From a virus, in IMG/VR virus record IMGVR_UViG_3300045988_104912, positions 1-64,000 of that record: DNA of 64,000 nt, one strand, 5' to 3'. Below the pieces are notes generated by a model. That model saw only the letters and a list, made by a program, of their open reading frames with translations. It did not search any database and was not told the origin of the DNA. Shown here piece after piece: positions 15,401 through 23,852 of the stretch. The first letter of the stretch is position 1, and each line of letters begins with the position of its first letter. The translations under genes were made by a program, and so were the position numbers.

Positions 15401-15759
15401 TTCAAACATATGGCCGTACACGCATCAGAGACTGGCTTTTAAAGCCTCTTAAGGTTGTAACGAAGGTTACTATAGATGGACATGAAGAAGAGGCAGAAAT
15501 CACTATAAATAACATTAATAGGTGTTATTATAGGGCTCTAATGAAAGAGTTATCTATGTGGAATCCCGATAGCAACTTTGACCGATATGATGCCTTACTA
15601 ATGTTAATGTTACTTCGAGAGCAAAAACTCATGCTTTGTGGTAATTTATCTCCTTCTGAGGTTATCAATGTAGATCAAGCAGATTACTTAGGTAATGATG
15701 ATTTCTTTACCAGGAACTATGATTATAGGTTTGCTAAATACCTACATAAGGATAATTAG
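12478..15759 (+). CDS. terL: terminase large subunit precursor containing an intein (1093 aa)
   Basis: Walker-A-like 'ASRGKSKS'. Typical size once about 326 aa of Hint plus LAGLIDADG insert are removed. Sits upstream of the portal. Confidence 0.88.
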   Translation: MVLIDTNKHQTPITEELRDSLSTEVWNDFLEIITNVEFIKNLISPDRQRAKDRPRDSFGRIIVDICKPHILENMDYFRPAAIHYQKYGCYTKLRPDANPKSEFGMWLTREVRRCLDGMVRPEDGEWIPGDFYFYLNYLPIIQTKIRKGTRIGDRVVDFPECWEGVYLRAHYQYQARNGGLYDDFVGGKHSVEIASRGKSKSYYAAAILCKFFLLGENSISYDKVKCLVTAYQKEYLIKDGTLNKFIDGIDFCAKNTQFPRARLKNSLSEMQWISGYIDKDSMIPRGSQNEVLGVAVKDDPDKIRGKRSNRMLYEEFGTFPKFLDVWQTALPNVQENAAAAFGQAIAFGTGGSEGSDFMGALEMINYPDGYSVYSLPNVFDKGAVGARRTIFFFPSYLNSKGFYNEDGVSDVVGAILEEIKHRVILKYNSSDPIQLTRRKAEYAFTITDAIMRRDSNIFPSDKLNDRILELDQNPKSLDDMWVGRLVQTKEGKVEFTPDADVKPILDYPHKDNKLEGAVHINKMPIKGPDGKVPWGRYIAGADPYDDDVSDTMSLGSIYVLDLFTDELVCEYVGRPMFAEDYYETCRRICLFYNAELLYENNKKGLFTYFSKTNCLYLLSDIPEFLKDKEIVKGNFFGNKAHPYSQLVYTPEGPKLWGDIKIGDKLFNTYGGITTVIDIPYNDKTDIYEIYLRDGRKVKASANHLWNVITNGKTYKTISTKEMSLSLTRDKGKYKEAKYYVIGNLGANFKEVPLKLPAYFMGLMLGDGCFTRSRHHQANFASSISDLDTYKKYVPYSCKTIDDRHHWWRVKNIGNILQELGLSKCKSRTKFIPDCYKFNSIENRLELLRGLLDTDGCIGYGGNPEYTTTSEQLALDVEFVARSCGINCNIQKSTNAFGLVYKVIFYTDIPMFHLERKYTKQKLTKTRAFKTAIVDIKLIGQELAKCVTVDSKDGCYLIGDFVTTHNSKGVNATQPVQTYGRTRIRDWLLKPLKVVTKVTIDGHEEEAEITINNINRCYYRALMKELSMWNPDSNFDRYDALLMLMLLREQKLMLCGNLSPSEVINVDQADYLGNDDFFTRNYDYRFAKYLHKDN
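14395..15372 (+). mobile_element. intein with LAGLIDADG homing-endonuclease domain (about 326 aa; the N-terminal boundary could be 14407)
   Basis: Block A 'AHPYSQLVYTPEG'. Block B 'GRKVKASANHLW'. LAGLIDADG motifs 'YFMGLMLGDGCF' and 'LLRGLLDTDGCIG'. Block F 'AKCVTVDSKDGCYLIG'. Block G 'FVTTHN', followed by Ser. Confidence 0.8.
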
Positions 15760-15801
15760 TAGTAGATATTTATGAAAAATATTAGTAAACTTTTGAACGC
15801 C

Positions 15802-15832
15802 TTGGAAATCTAAAGATAATTACTTATCTTTG
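15802..15832 (+). promoter_or_regulatory. Bacteroidetes-type promoter (-7 TATCTTTG)
   Basis: TTGGAAAT at 15802 and TATCTTTG at 15825-32. Shares the 15-mer with the promoter at 7543-57. Confidence 0.5.
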
Positions 15833-15874
15833 TACAAATTATGTAATTAAGTTAATGCTATATATAAAGTATAC

Positions 15875-16543
15875 ATGCACAAGAATAAGTTGAATGGGAA
15901 AGTATACATAGGAATTACTTCTAAAGATGACCCTAATAAAAGGTGGTTAAATGGAAAAGGTTATAACCATTCAACTCTTTTTAAGAAGGCTGTTAAAAAA
16001 TATGGATGGGATTCTTTTGAGCATATAATTTTATTTGATAACTTAAATAAAATCTCTGCTTGTTTAATTGAAATAGACTTAATATTTTATTATCAGAAAA
16101 TCCAGATGTCTTATAATATCAATCTAGGAGGTGAAGGTAGTGAATCTATGTCTAGCGAAACTAAGCAGAAAATTTCTCAAACCTTAAAGAATCATCCTGT
16201 TTCAGAGGAGACGAGAGCTAAAATTTCTAAAAAAGTTTCTGGAGAGAGACATGGGAATTGGGGCAAACCTCTATCTCCGGAAACTAGAGCTCGTATAGGA
16301 AAGGCTAATTCTGGAGAAAAGAACGGAATGTATGGACATAAATTTACTCCTGAGGAAATAGAGAGGATGCGCTTTCAAAGAGCTAAACCAATTCTTCAAT
16401 ATTCTAAAGAAGGTACGTTTATAAAAGAATGGCCTTCTGCTGGAGAAGTTGGTCGGACTTGGGGAGTATGTTATAAGAGTATAAGTAAGTGTTGTCTAGG
16501 AAAGAGGAAGACAGCTCTTGGGTATGTTTGGAAATATAAATAA
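15875..16543 (+). CDS. free-standing GIY-YIG homing endonuclease with NUMOD3-like repeats (222 aa from the first ATG)
   Basis: 'NGKVYIGIT' (YIG), repeated 'ETRAKIS / ETRARIG' helices, and C-terminal 'GYVWKY'. The GIY-like 'AIYKVY' is encoded in frame just upstream of the ATG. Confidence 0.85.
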   Translation: MHKNKLNGKVYIGITSKDDPNKRWLNGKGYNHSTLFKKAVKKYGWDSFEHIILFDNLNKISACLIEIDLIFYYQKIQMSYNINLGGEGSESMSSETKQKISQTLKNHPVSEETRAKISKKVSGERHGNWGKPLSPETRARIGKANSGEKNGMYGHKFTPEEIERMRFQRAKPILQYSKEGTFIKEWPSAGEVGRTWGVCYKSISKCCLGKRKTALGYVWKYK

Positions 16544-16545
16544 TT

Positions 16546-18942
16546 ATGATTGATTTAAGAAATTTACCCCCGCAAATGCTTCCTTATAGTAAGAAAACAA
16601 AGGCTTGGAGGAAACAGCATTGTGATTGGGCCGACCGTCGTACTTACTATTTTGGCAATATGGTGCGGAATTCTCTGTTGAAGAAGAGAATTAACTATAA
16701 TCTCATAAATGGTGTTTTAGATATGAGAGACGTAGAGTTAATTCTTAATCCAGACAATGTCAATGCATTATATGTTCCAGAATCTATTCAGCATTTCCCT
16801 ATTATGAACTCAAAGCTTCATGTTCTTCAAGGAGAAGAAGCGAAGAGAAGATTCGAATTTAAAGTTGTTGTAACTAATCCTAATTCTATTTCAGAGATAG
16901 AGAATAGTAAATTAGTAATGCTCCAAGAACAAGTTCAGTCGATGATAGAAGATGAAAACTTGTCAGAGGAGGAGTTTAATAAAGAACTAGATAAGTTATC
17001 TTACTATTTTGATTATCAATGGCAAGATATTATCGAAATGAGAGCTAGTACTGTTCTTTCTCATTACATGAAAGAGCTAAACATACCCAAAATATTTAAT
17101 GATGGGTTTATGGATGCAATGATTTGTGGTGAGGAAATCTATCAATGTGATATTGTTGGGGGAGAACCTACTTTTGAAAGACTTAATCCTTTAAAAGTTC
17201 ATATTTTCAAAAATGGTTTTTCTAATAAAGTTGAGGATGCAGATCTAATAATACTTATAGACTTTTGGAGTCCAGGTAGAATCTTAGATACTTACTTTGA
17301 TGTTCTATCTAAAAAAGATGTTGACAGTATAGATAAGCTAGCTAGTACTTTTAGTAGTGATTCTATGTACAATATTGATGAAAGAAATGCCTTTATTAAT
17401 ACTGCTGAGATTGATGGTACAGACATCTCAGGAGGTACTATAATAGAGAATTTTCTACTGATGGGACAATCTGGATTTTCAGCAACGAGTAATTACTATG
17501 ATCTTCAAGGTAATATTAGAGTATTAAGACTTTATTGGAAAAGTAAGAGAAAGATCAAGAAGGTAAAATCTTATGATCCGGAGACTGGCGAAGAGCTCTT
17601 TGATTTTTATCCAGAAACCTACATTATAGATAAAGGAGCTGGTGAAGAAGAGGAGATCTTTTGGATTAATGAAGCATGGGAAGGTACTAAAATAGGTCCA
17701 GATATTTATGTTAACATGAGACCTAGGATAGTACAGTATAATAGACTTTCTAATCCATCTAGATGTCATTTTGGTATTGTAGGATCTATGTATAACCTTA
17801 ATGATTCTAGACCTTTCTCTTTAGTAGATATGATGAAGCCTTTTGCTTATTTTTACGACGTTATCTACGATAGACTTAATAAAGCTATTGCTGCTAACTG
17901 GGGTAAAATTGTAAAGCTAGATCTTGCTATGGTTCCTAAAGGTTGGGAGATAGATAAGTGGTTATACTATGCAAAAGTAAATCATGTTGCTGTTACAGAT
18001 AGCTTTAAGGAGGGAAATGGAGGAGCTGCTCAAGGTAAGATTGTAGGAGCTCTAAATACTCAGTCTAATGGTGTTATAGATGCTGAACAGGGTAATTATA
18101 TTCAGGAACACATTAATCTCCTAGAATTCATTAAAAATGAGATGGGAGAGGTTGCTGGTATTACTCGACAGCGAGAGGGTCAGATTAGTAATCGTGAAAC
18201 TGTTGGTGGTGTTGAAAGATCAAATTTACAATCTTCTCATATTACAGAATGGTTATTTACGATGCATGATGATGTTAAAAGGAGAGCTCTTGAATGTTTC
18301 TTAGAGACAGCTAAAATAGCTATGAGAGGTAGGAATAAGAAATTCCAGTATATCACCTCTGATGGGGCTATAAAATCTCTTGAAATTGATGGAGACACTT
18401 TTGCAGATAGCGACTATGGAATTGTAGTAGATGCCTCTCCTGAAACTCAGAATCTCGCTTCAAAACTTGATGCTTTAGCACAAGCTGCTTTGCAGAATCA
18501 AACTCTCTCATTCTCTTCAATAATGAAGATTTATACTTCATCATCTCTGTCAGAGATTCGTAGGACTATTGAAAAAGACGAGCAGGCTATTCAAGAACGT
18601 CAAGCTGAACAAGCTCAGCAGGAACAAGAAATAGCACAGCAACAGATGCAGACTCAGATGGAAATGAAGCAGGCTGAGATGAATTTCCAAGATATGCTTA
18701 ATCAGCGCGATAATGATACTAAGATTCTTATTGAGCATATTAAACAATCTGGAAATACAGAGAATGAAGTCCCAGAAGTTCAAGACAACTCTATGGAACG
18801 AGCGAAGTTAGATGAACAGATAAGGCAGTTTAATGAAAGATTAGCTTTTGATAAAACTAAGTTATCAAAGGAGATAGACATTAAAGAAAAAGATCTTGCT
18901 ATTAAACGTGCCAAGCCTAAACCATCTAGCAATAGTAAATAA
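16546..18942 (+). CDS. portal protein candidate (798 aa)
   Basis: Size and position next to TerL. Gln/Glu-rich coiled C-terminus. The assignment rests on synteny only. Confidence 0.65.
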   Translation: MIDLRNLPPQMLPYSKKTKAWRKQHCDWADRRTYYFGNMVRNSLLKKRINYNLINGVLDMRDVELILNPDNVNALYVPESIQHFPIMNSKLHVLQGEEAKRRFEFKVVVTNPNSISEIENSKLVMLQEQVQSMIEDENLSEEEFNKELDKLSYYFDYQWQDIIEMRASTVLSHYMKELNIPKIFNDGFMDAMICGEEIYQCDIVGGEPTFERLNPLKVHIFKNGFSNKVEDADLIILIDFWSPGRILDTYFDVLSKKDVDSIDKLASTFSSDSMYNIDERNAFINTAEIDGTDISGGTIIENFLLMGQSGFSATSNYYDLQGNIRVLRLYWKSKRKIKKVKSYDPETGEELFDFYPETYIIDKGAGEEEEIFWINEAWEGTKIGPDIYVNMRPRIVQYNRLSNPSRCHFGIVGSMYNLNDSRPFSLVDMMKPFAYFYDVIYDRLNKAIAANWGKIVKLDLAMVPKGWEIDKWLYYAKVNHVAVTDSFKEGNGGAAQGKIVGALNTQSNGVIDAEQGNYIQEHINLLEFIKNEMGEVAGITRQREGQISNRETVGGVERSNLQSSHITEWLFTMHDDVKRRALECFLETAKIAMRGRNKKFQYITSDGAIKSLEIDGDTFADSDYGIVVDASPETQNLASKLDALAQAALQNQTLSFSSIMKIYTSSSLSEIRRTIEKDEQAIQERQAEQAQQEQEIAQQQMQTQMEMKQAEMNFQDMLNQRDNDTKILIEHIKQSGNTENEVPEVQDNSMERAKLDEQIRQFNERLAFDKTKLSKEIDIKEKDLAIKRAKPKPSSNSK

Positions 18943-18943
18943 A

Positions 18944-18978
18944 GTTAGGGGGGGGGCAGGAGCTCCTCCCTTTATTAT
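18944..18978 (+). terminator. possible terminator containing a G9 tract
   Basis: G9 at 18948-56. The sequence CAGGAGCTCCTCCC can form a hairpin. It is followed by TTTATTATT. Confidence 0.4.
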
Positions 18979-18995
18979 TATAATTAATTATAACT

Positions 18996-20687
18996 ATGAC
19001 TAACGAGAAAATACTTTTACAGCTAGAGAAAGGTTATGACATTAAGAATCCTCAACTAGCTCAAGCGTTATCTAATCTAGAGGATAAGATAGGAATTACT
19101 AAAGCTGAACTTGAAGAGGCTATAGAGGCAAAAGCTAATCTTGTAGGTGGGAAAGTTCCTGCTGAAGAGCTACCGAGTTATGTAGATGATGTTATTGAGT
19201 TTAACGGACTATTGGACCCCAGTACAAGAATTTCAACCATAGTAGGTAACAGTTCCAATAAGAACAGAACTTATTTTATAAATGGTTCTGATCCTAACTC
19301 TGGTAGAGTCGGTAGTTCTAATAAATATCCTTACATGTTTGTTAACTTCGGAGAGAACACTTCTGAAGAAGATTGGATCTCCGAAACTCCTGAGAGAGGG
19401 AAGATATATTTGAATATATCCAATGACCATTCTTACAGATGGACCGGATCTGAGTTATTGGATTTGGATAAAAATTGGAGCACTGCTATAGTAGGACTCA
19501 GCCAAAATACTATAAGAACGGATACTCCTCAGGATTTCTCTACTGAGAGAGAAAATCAAGCTTTATCCAATATCGGTTCTGGATTATTTGTCGTAGATCT
19601 TATAGATGGGAAAGCTACACTTACTGCAGACCAAGAAGCTAAATTGCTTAGTAGTTCAGGTGTAATTTTACGTGGTACTGTAAATGCGGGCAAAGAAGTT
19701 TTAACCAAGATATATTTTGCTGATTATCAGCAAGGAGATCAAGTAAGTTTTTGGGCAGTAAGAAATAACAGATATATTTTACAGTGTATTTACACTAAGT
19801 CAACTAAAATCTTTCAATTTCTTACATCTGGAAGTTATATAGACCCTAATGCAGTATCTATAAAATCTCAAACTTTAACGAGTGCTCAGCAGGATGTAGC
19901 TCTATCTAATATAGGACTTGATTTTGTACATGTAGATCATTCCCTCTTAGGAACTACTCTTACAGATGCTCAGGTAGAAAGTGTTTCTAATTCAAGAGGT
20001 ATAATTCTAACTAATGTATCTAATTATGATGGTCCTACAGTGTTCATAAAAGGACACACTGGTTCAACTGGACAGTTATTTTTTGCTCAAGATTCTTCTT
20101 CTGTAGTTAGACAAATTAGTTTTAATCTAAACAATAAGACGTTATCTACTATATCAAGTATAGAATTGCATTTTGATTCTGTAAGATATAGTGTGACTCA
20201 AAATCTTACTGATGCTCAAAAGCAACTAGCAAGAGATAACATTGGAGCTATTAGTAGTGATGATATTCCTTCAGGAGGTGGTTTATCAGAGAGTGATTTA
20301 GTATCTATAGACTCTGATAGAAACATAGTAGTAGCTTCAGAATCTGTAGAAAGTGACTATCCTTATCCTAAGCTCATAGTACCTGAATCAAGTCAGCCTC
20401 AACAAGGTAGCTCATTAACATTAACAGATAGTCAGATTTTAGGAACTCTGAAACAAACTGTTGGCGGTAATGATGTTCTTCCGAGTAGGGTACTACTTAT
20501 ATTTACAGGAAGCGACTCACATCAGTATCAGTACATTCTTTATAGGTCTTATACTTACTTAGAAGTTTCTGATACATTATATCAGTACGTTTACTATGAA
20601 TCTATTGGAGGAGAGTGGTCTTTCCGCTTTGATGCTAATAATATGGACCCTTCTAAGATATTGTCAAGAAAAGCTGCAAATAGCTAG
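18996..20687 (+). CDS. tail fibre protein (563 aa)
   Basis: N-terminal 'GGKVPAEELPSYVDDVIEF' is a fibre-type motif. Modules headed by '..Q.ALSNIG' recur. Paralogous to ORF 20715. Confidence 0.75.
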   Translation: MTNEKILLQLEKGYDIKNPQLAQALSNLEDKIGITKAELEEAIEAKANLVGGKVPAEELPSYVDDVIEFNGLLDPSTRISTIVGNSSNKNRTYFINGSDPNSGRVGSSNKYPYMFVNFGENTSEEDWISETPERGKIYLNISNDHSYRWTGSELLDLDKNWSTAIVGLSQNTIRTDTPQDFSTERENQALSNIGSGLFVVDLIDGKATLTADQEAKLLSSSGVILRGTVNAGKEVLTKIYFADYQQGDQVSFWAVRNNRYILQCIYTKSTKIFQFLTSGSYIDPNAVSIKSQTLTSAQQDVALSNIGLDFVHVDHSLLGTTLTDAQVESVSNSRGIILTNVSNYDGPTVFIKGHTGSTGQLFFAQDSSSVVRQISFNLNNKTLSTISSIELHFDSVRYSVTQNLTDAQKQLARDNIGAISSDDIPSGGGLSESDLVSIDSDRNIVVASESVESDYPYPKLIVPESSQPQQGSSLTLTDSQILGTLKQTVGGNDVLPSRVLLIFTGSDSHQYQYILYRSYTYLEVSDTLYQYVYYESIGGEWSFRFDANNMDPSKILSRKAANS

Positions 20688-20714
20688 ACTTTAAGGCAGA
20701 TAAATTAACAAAAT

Positions 20715-22754
20715 ATGTATTCATATAAAACAGGATTAGGGCAAGTTTGGGTAGGGGCTAAACTCCCTCCCAACCCTGCCAGTAATATTATTTGGTTAAA
20801 ACCTTCTGATGATCATAGGGTATTATGGGAAATTAGGACCTATAATATCTATAAAGAGAAGTGGGAGGTTCTAACTAGCGCAGCTCTTACTGCAGAAGGA
20901 TTATTAAAGCTTATATATGAACTTGAGAAGAGGGTAGATTCTTTAGAGGAATTAAAAGTAGTACTTTACGATCGAGTGCAGTCTCTTACTGATGATGAGA
21001 AGAAGACTGCTAGGGAAAATATAGGAGCTTTAGGTGAGGAAGATTTACCGGAGATTGTACAAGAGCCTGGAAGTGATCAGAAATCTGTCATGTCACAGGA
21101 TGCTGTAACAAAATATACTAAGACTGCTGTAGATAATAATCTTTTAGCAGCTAAACAATATACAGATGTTATTGTTAGAGGTCATAATACTTCTACTACA
21201 GCTCACACTGATATTCGGGAGTTAATAGATAAGTGTACTACATTACCTACTTACGATCCTAACACTTATAAAATAACTTTCACTACTAATGATGGAGCTA
21301 CTTTAGAGATAGATCTTCCTATAGAAGAATTAGGACTATCTTACAATCCTGAGACTGAGTCTATAGAGTTTACTAATCATGCTGGTGAAGTTGAAAGTAT
21401 TCCAGTAAGTGCTTTTGTAAAAGAGTATTTAGGTTCTATAGGTGATGCTATTCAGATCACGATTGATAACAATAATGTTATTCATGCAGTACTTTTAAAT
21501 AACTCTATAAACTGGGATAATCTTAGTAGGGAGTTACAAGAGAAGATTAATAATGCTATTAGTCTTGAAGAGCTTGAGAAGCATGCTGTATTATATGATA
21601 AGGCTCAGGATTTAACCACATCGGAGCAGAATCAAGCATTGGAAAATATCGGCGCCGATCTGATGGTTATTGATCTTGTCAATGGTCAGGCTGTACTTAC
21701 AGAGGAACAGGAGACCAGATTGCTGTCGTGTAAAGGTGTCATTTTGCGGGGCACGGTAAATGCGGGCAAGGAGGTACTTACTAAAATATATTTTAGTGAC
21801 TATCAAGGAGGAGATGTAGTCAGTTTCAATACAATCCGAAACAGCGAGTTTTGTCTTAGGTGTTCTTATACCAAATCGACAAAAATTTTCAGGTTTATTA
21901 GTGGCATCAGATGGTCCAATCCCACCTATGTTTCGACTGCTTCTTCTCAGAATTTTTCTGCTACTGAACAGGCACAGGCGTTTGAGAATCTTGGTTGGAA
22001 GGTCCACGTGATTTCGGAGTCTGCTATTGGTTCCTCGGATGCAGTTTCTGATGATGAGAAAGCTGCACGTCTTTCGGCCACCGCCTTATTGGTGCAGGAG
22101 ACAGGCTTACTCTATAATTTTTCTATCTCGTCGGGTGGTAGCCGTCGTTTTTACGGACAGTTCAGCAACAGTTTCTGTACGGCTTTGAATGTCAACGAGA
22201 CGACCGGGGTTATTACTGAGGCTTTTGCATACTTATACGATCCGAGTGCGGTTTCTTTTGACAGGAATCAGAGTAGTGTTTCTGATGATAATAAGAATAA
22301 AGCCTTAGGTAATATAGGTATTGATCTTGTTAGAATTCCGTACTCTCTTTTGGGCACTACGCTGTCGGACGAGATGCTTGCAGTTGTTGATAATGCCCGA
22401 GGTATTGTTTTAGTTGATACACCATCCGATTACAGGAATCCGACGGTTTTCATTAAAGGCAATAATACATCTGGGTCTTGTATCTTCGTATCTTTTGTTA
22501 CGGGAAATACGTATTGTATGTTCACGTTGCAGAAGTCTACAAAATTATTGTCAGGTCTAAGTTCCAGTTTAACTTATACAGGTTCGGTAAGATACGTCGA
22601 GGCTCAGAGTCTAACTGATACCCAAAAGCAACTAGCAAGGTCTAATATTGATGCTGTAGGATCCAGTGGAATTAAGGGGGTAGAGATAGTATATAGTACT
22701 GCTCCTATGCAACAGGACAATATACTCTATATAGAGTTAGAAGAAACTACTTAA
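20715..22754 (+). CDS. tail fibre protein (679 aa), paralogue of 18996..20687
   Basis: Shares about 100-aa modules with the upstream fibre (for example 'GVILRGTVNAGKEVLTKIYF'). Its N-terminus is homologous to that of ORF 26432. Confidence 0.75.
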   Translation: MYSYKTGLGQVWVGAKLPPNPASNIIWLKPSDDHRVLWEIRTYNIYKEKWEVLTSAALTAEGLLKLIYELEKRVDSLEELKVVLYDRVQSLTDDEKKTARENIGALGEEDLPEIVQEPGSDQKSVMSQDAVTKYTKTAVDNNLLAAKQYTDVIVRGHNTSTTAHTDIRELIDKCTTLPTYDPNTYKITFTTNDGATLEIDLPIEELGLSYNPETESIEFTNHAGEVESIPVSAFVKEYLGSIGDAIQITIDNNNVIHAVLLNNSINWDNLSRELQEKINNAISLEELEKHAVLYDKAQDLTTSEQNQALENIGADLMVIDLVNGQAVLTEEQETRLLSCKGVILRGTVNAGKEVLTKIYFSDYQGGDVVSFNTIRNSEFCLRCSYTKSTKIFRFISGIRWSNPTYVSTASSQNFSATEQAQAFENLGWKVHVISESAIGSSDAVSDDEKAARLSATALLVQETGLLYNFSISSGGSRRFYGQFSNSFCTALNVNETTGVITEAFAYLYDPSAVSFDRNQSSVSDDNKNKALGNIGIDLVRIPYSLLGTTLSDEMLAVVDNARGIVLVDTPSDYRNPTVFIKGNNTSGSCIFVSFVTGNTYCMFTLQKSTKLLSGLSSSLTYTGSVRYVEAQSLTDTQKQLARSNIDAVGSSGIKGVEIVYSTAPMQQDNILYIELEETT

Positions 22755-22756
22755 CT

Positions 22757-23137
22757 ATGAGTCATAGAATAAAGACTATTACCCTAAATGGTAAAGTATT
22801 AGCCACAAATGATAATACTCTTATTAAGAGGGTTGTTTATAATGGAGTAATAATATGGCCTTATACTCCTCCTGTATCCCCAGATCTTGTAGTTGCTACT
22901 TATGAGGATGGGACATATAGTCTTTATGATGAGACTAAAGCAGGCCATCTTACAGGATCTTCTTCAGGAGATACTCCAAGTACTATTAAGAGAATTGTTT
23001 ATAATGGAGAACAAATTTGGCCTAGTACTACTGAAGATTATCTAAATATTGAAAAAGATCATGTTTATCTTAATTGGACTAATAACTATACCGATACTAA
23101 TACAATATATACTAATTTAACATTTACAATTAATTAA
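22757..23137 (+). CDS. hypothetical fibre-associated protein (126 aa)
   Basis: Internal duplication: 'RVVYNGVIIWPYT' and 'RIVYNGEQIWPST'. Confidence 0.6.
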   Translation: MSHRIKTITLNGKVLATNDNTLIKRVVYNGVIIWPYTPPVSPDLVVATYEDGTYSLYDETKAGHLTGSSSGDTPSTIKRIVYNGEQIWPSTTEDYLNIEKDHVYLNWTNNYTDTNTIYTNLTFTIN

Positions 23138-23141
23138 AACT

Positions 23142-23765
23142 ATGGCAGTTACTAAACAAAACATTAATGTTGACCCTTCGACAGGTTCTGGTAATACTAC
23201 CCTTACCTTTACAGCAAGTCCTGCTTCGTTGGGAAACCGTGTTGCTAAAGAAGCAACATTTACAATTACCGCTCCTGGCGTAACTCCTAACAAGACCATT
23301 ACAGCAACTCTAGAAGCTGCAGCTGAATTTGTATTGTTCGACGATGGTGTTGAAATGGCCGTTGCTAAGGATGGAGGTTCTGTGGTTATTACAGGTTCTT
23401 CAAACTCAGACAAACTTACGTTTACTAAAGGATCTGGTAATATTATTGGAGCTGACATTACGTCAGTTACTTATAAGGTTAATACTTCTACTAATGCAAC
23501 TAATGGTACAGCTATTACTGGCGACCCTGGTGCTTCTGCTAAATACACCTTCTCACTAACATTAACTGCTGCTAAGAATACAACTATCGACGAGCGTACA
23601 CAGCAGATTACTGTTACTACTACTGGTAATAAGACAGCAACTATTTCTCTTAAACAAGCTGCTGGAGATGCATATCTTAACCTTTCCACTACAACTATTA
23701 CAGTACCGCAGACTGGTTCGGTTACCATCGATGTTACCACTAACACAACCTTCACCGTATCCTAA
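23142..23765 (+). CDS. Ig-like / BACON-like repeat protein (207 aa)
   Basis: Thr/Ser-rich beta-strand repeats: 'GSGNTTLTFTAS', 'QITVTTTGNKTATISL', 'GSVTIDVTTNTTFTVS'. Confidence 0.65.
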   Translation: MAVTKQNINVDPSTGSGNTTLTFTASPASLGNRVAKEATFTITAPGVTPNKTITATLEAAAEFVLFDDGVEMAVAKDGGSVVITGSSNSDKLTFTKGSGNIIGADITSVTYKVNTSTNATNGTAITGDPGASAKYTFSLTLTAAKNTTIDERTQQITVTTTGNKTATISLKQAAGDAYLNLSTTTITVPQTGSVTIDVTTNTTFTVS

Positions 23766-23852
23766 GCGGAGTAATTTTTGTAAATTAGGATTATTAGTAG
23801 GGGGGGGGTATAACTGCCACCTTCCCCTATTTTAACTTAATAAAATTGTATT

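Noticed and set aside
21612-23755. Antisense or alternate-frame ORFs 21612..22007(-), 23117..23458(-), 23329..23559(+) and 23471..23755(-)
   Set aside because: They lie entirely inside well-supported fibre or Ig-like genes. Their products are low-complexity, which is typical of shadow ORFs.
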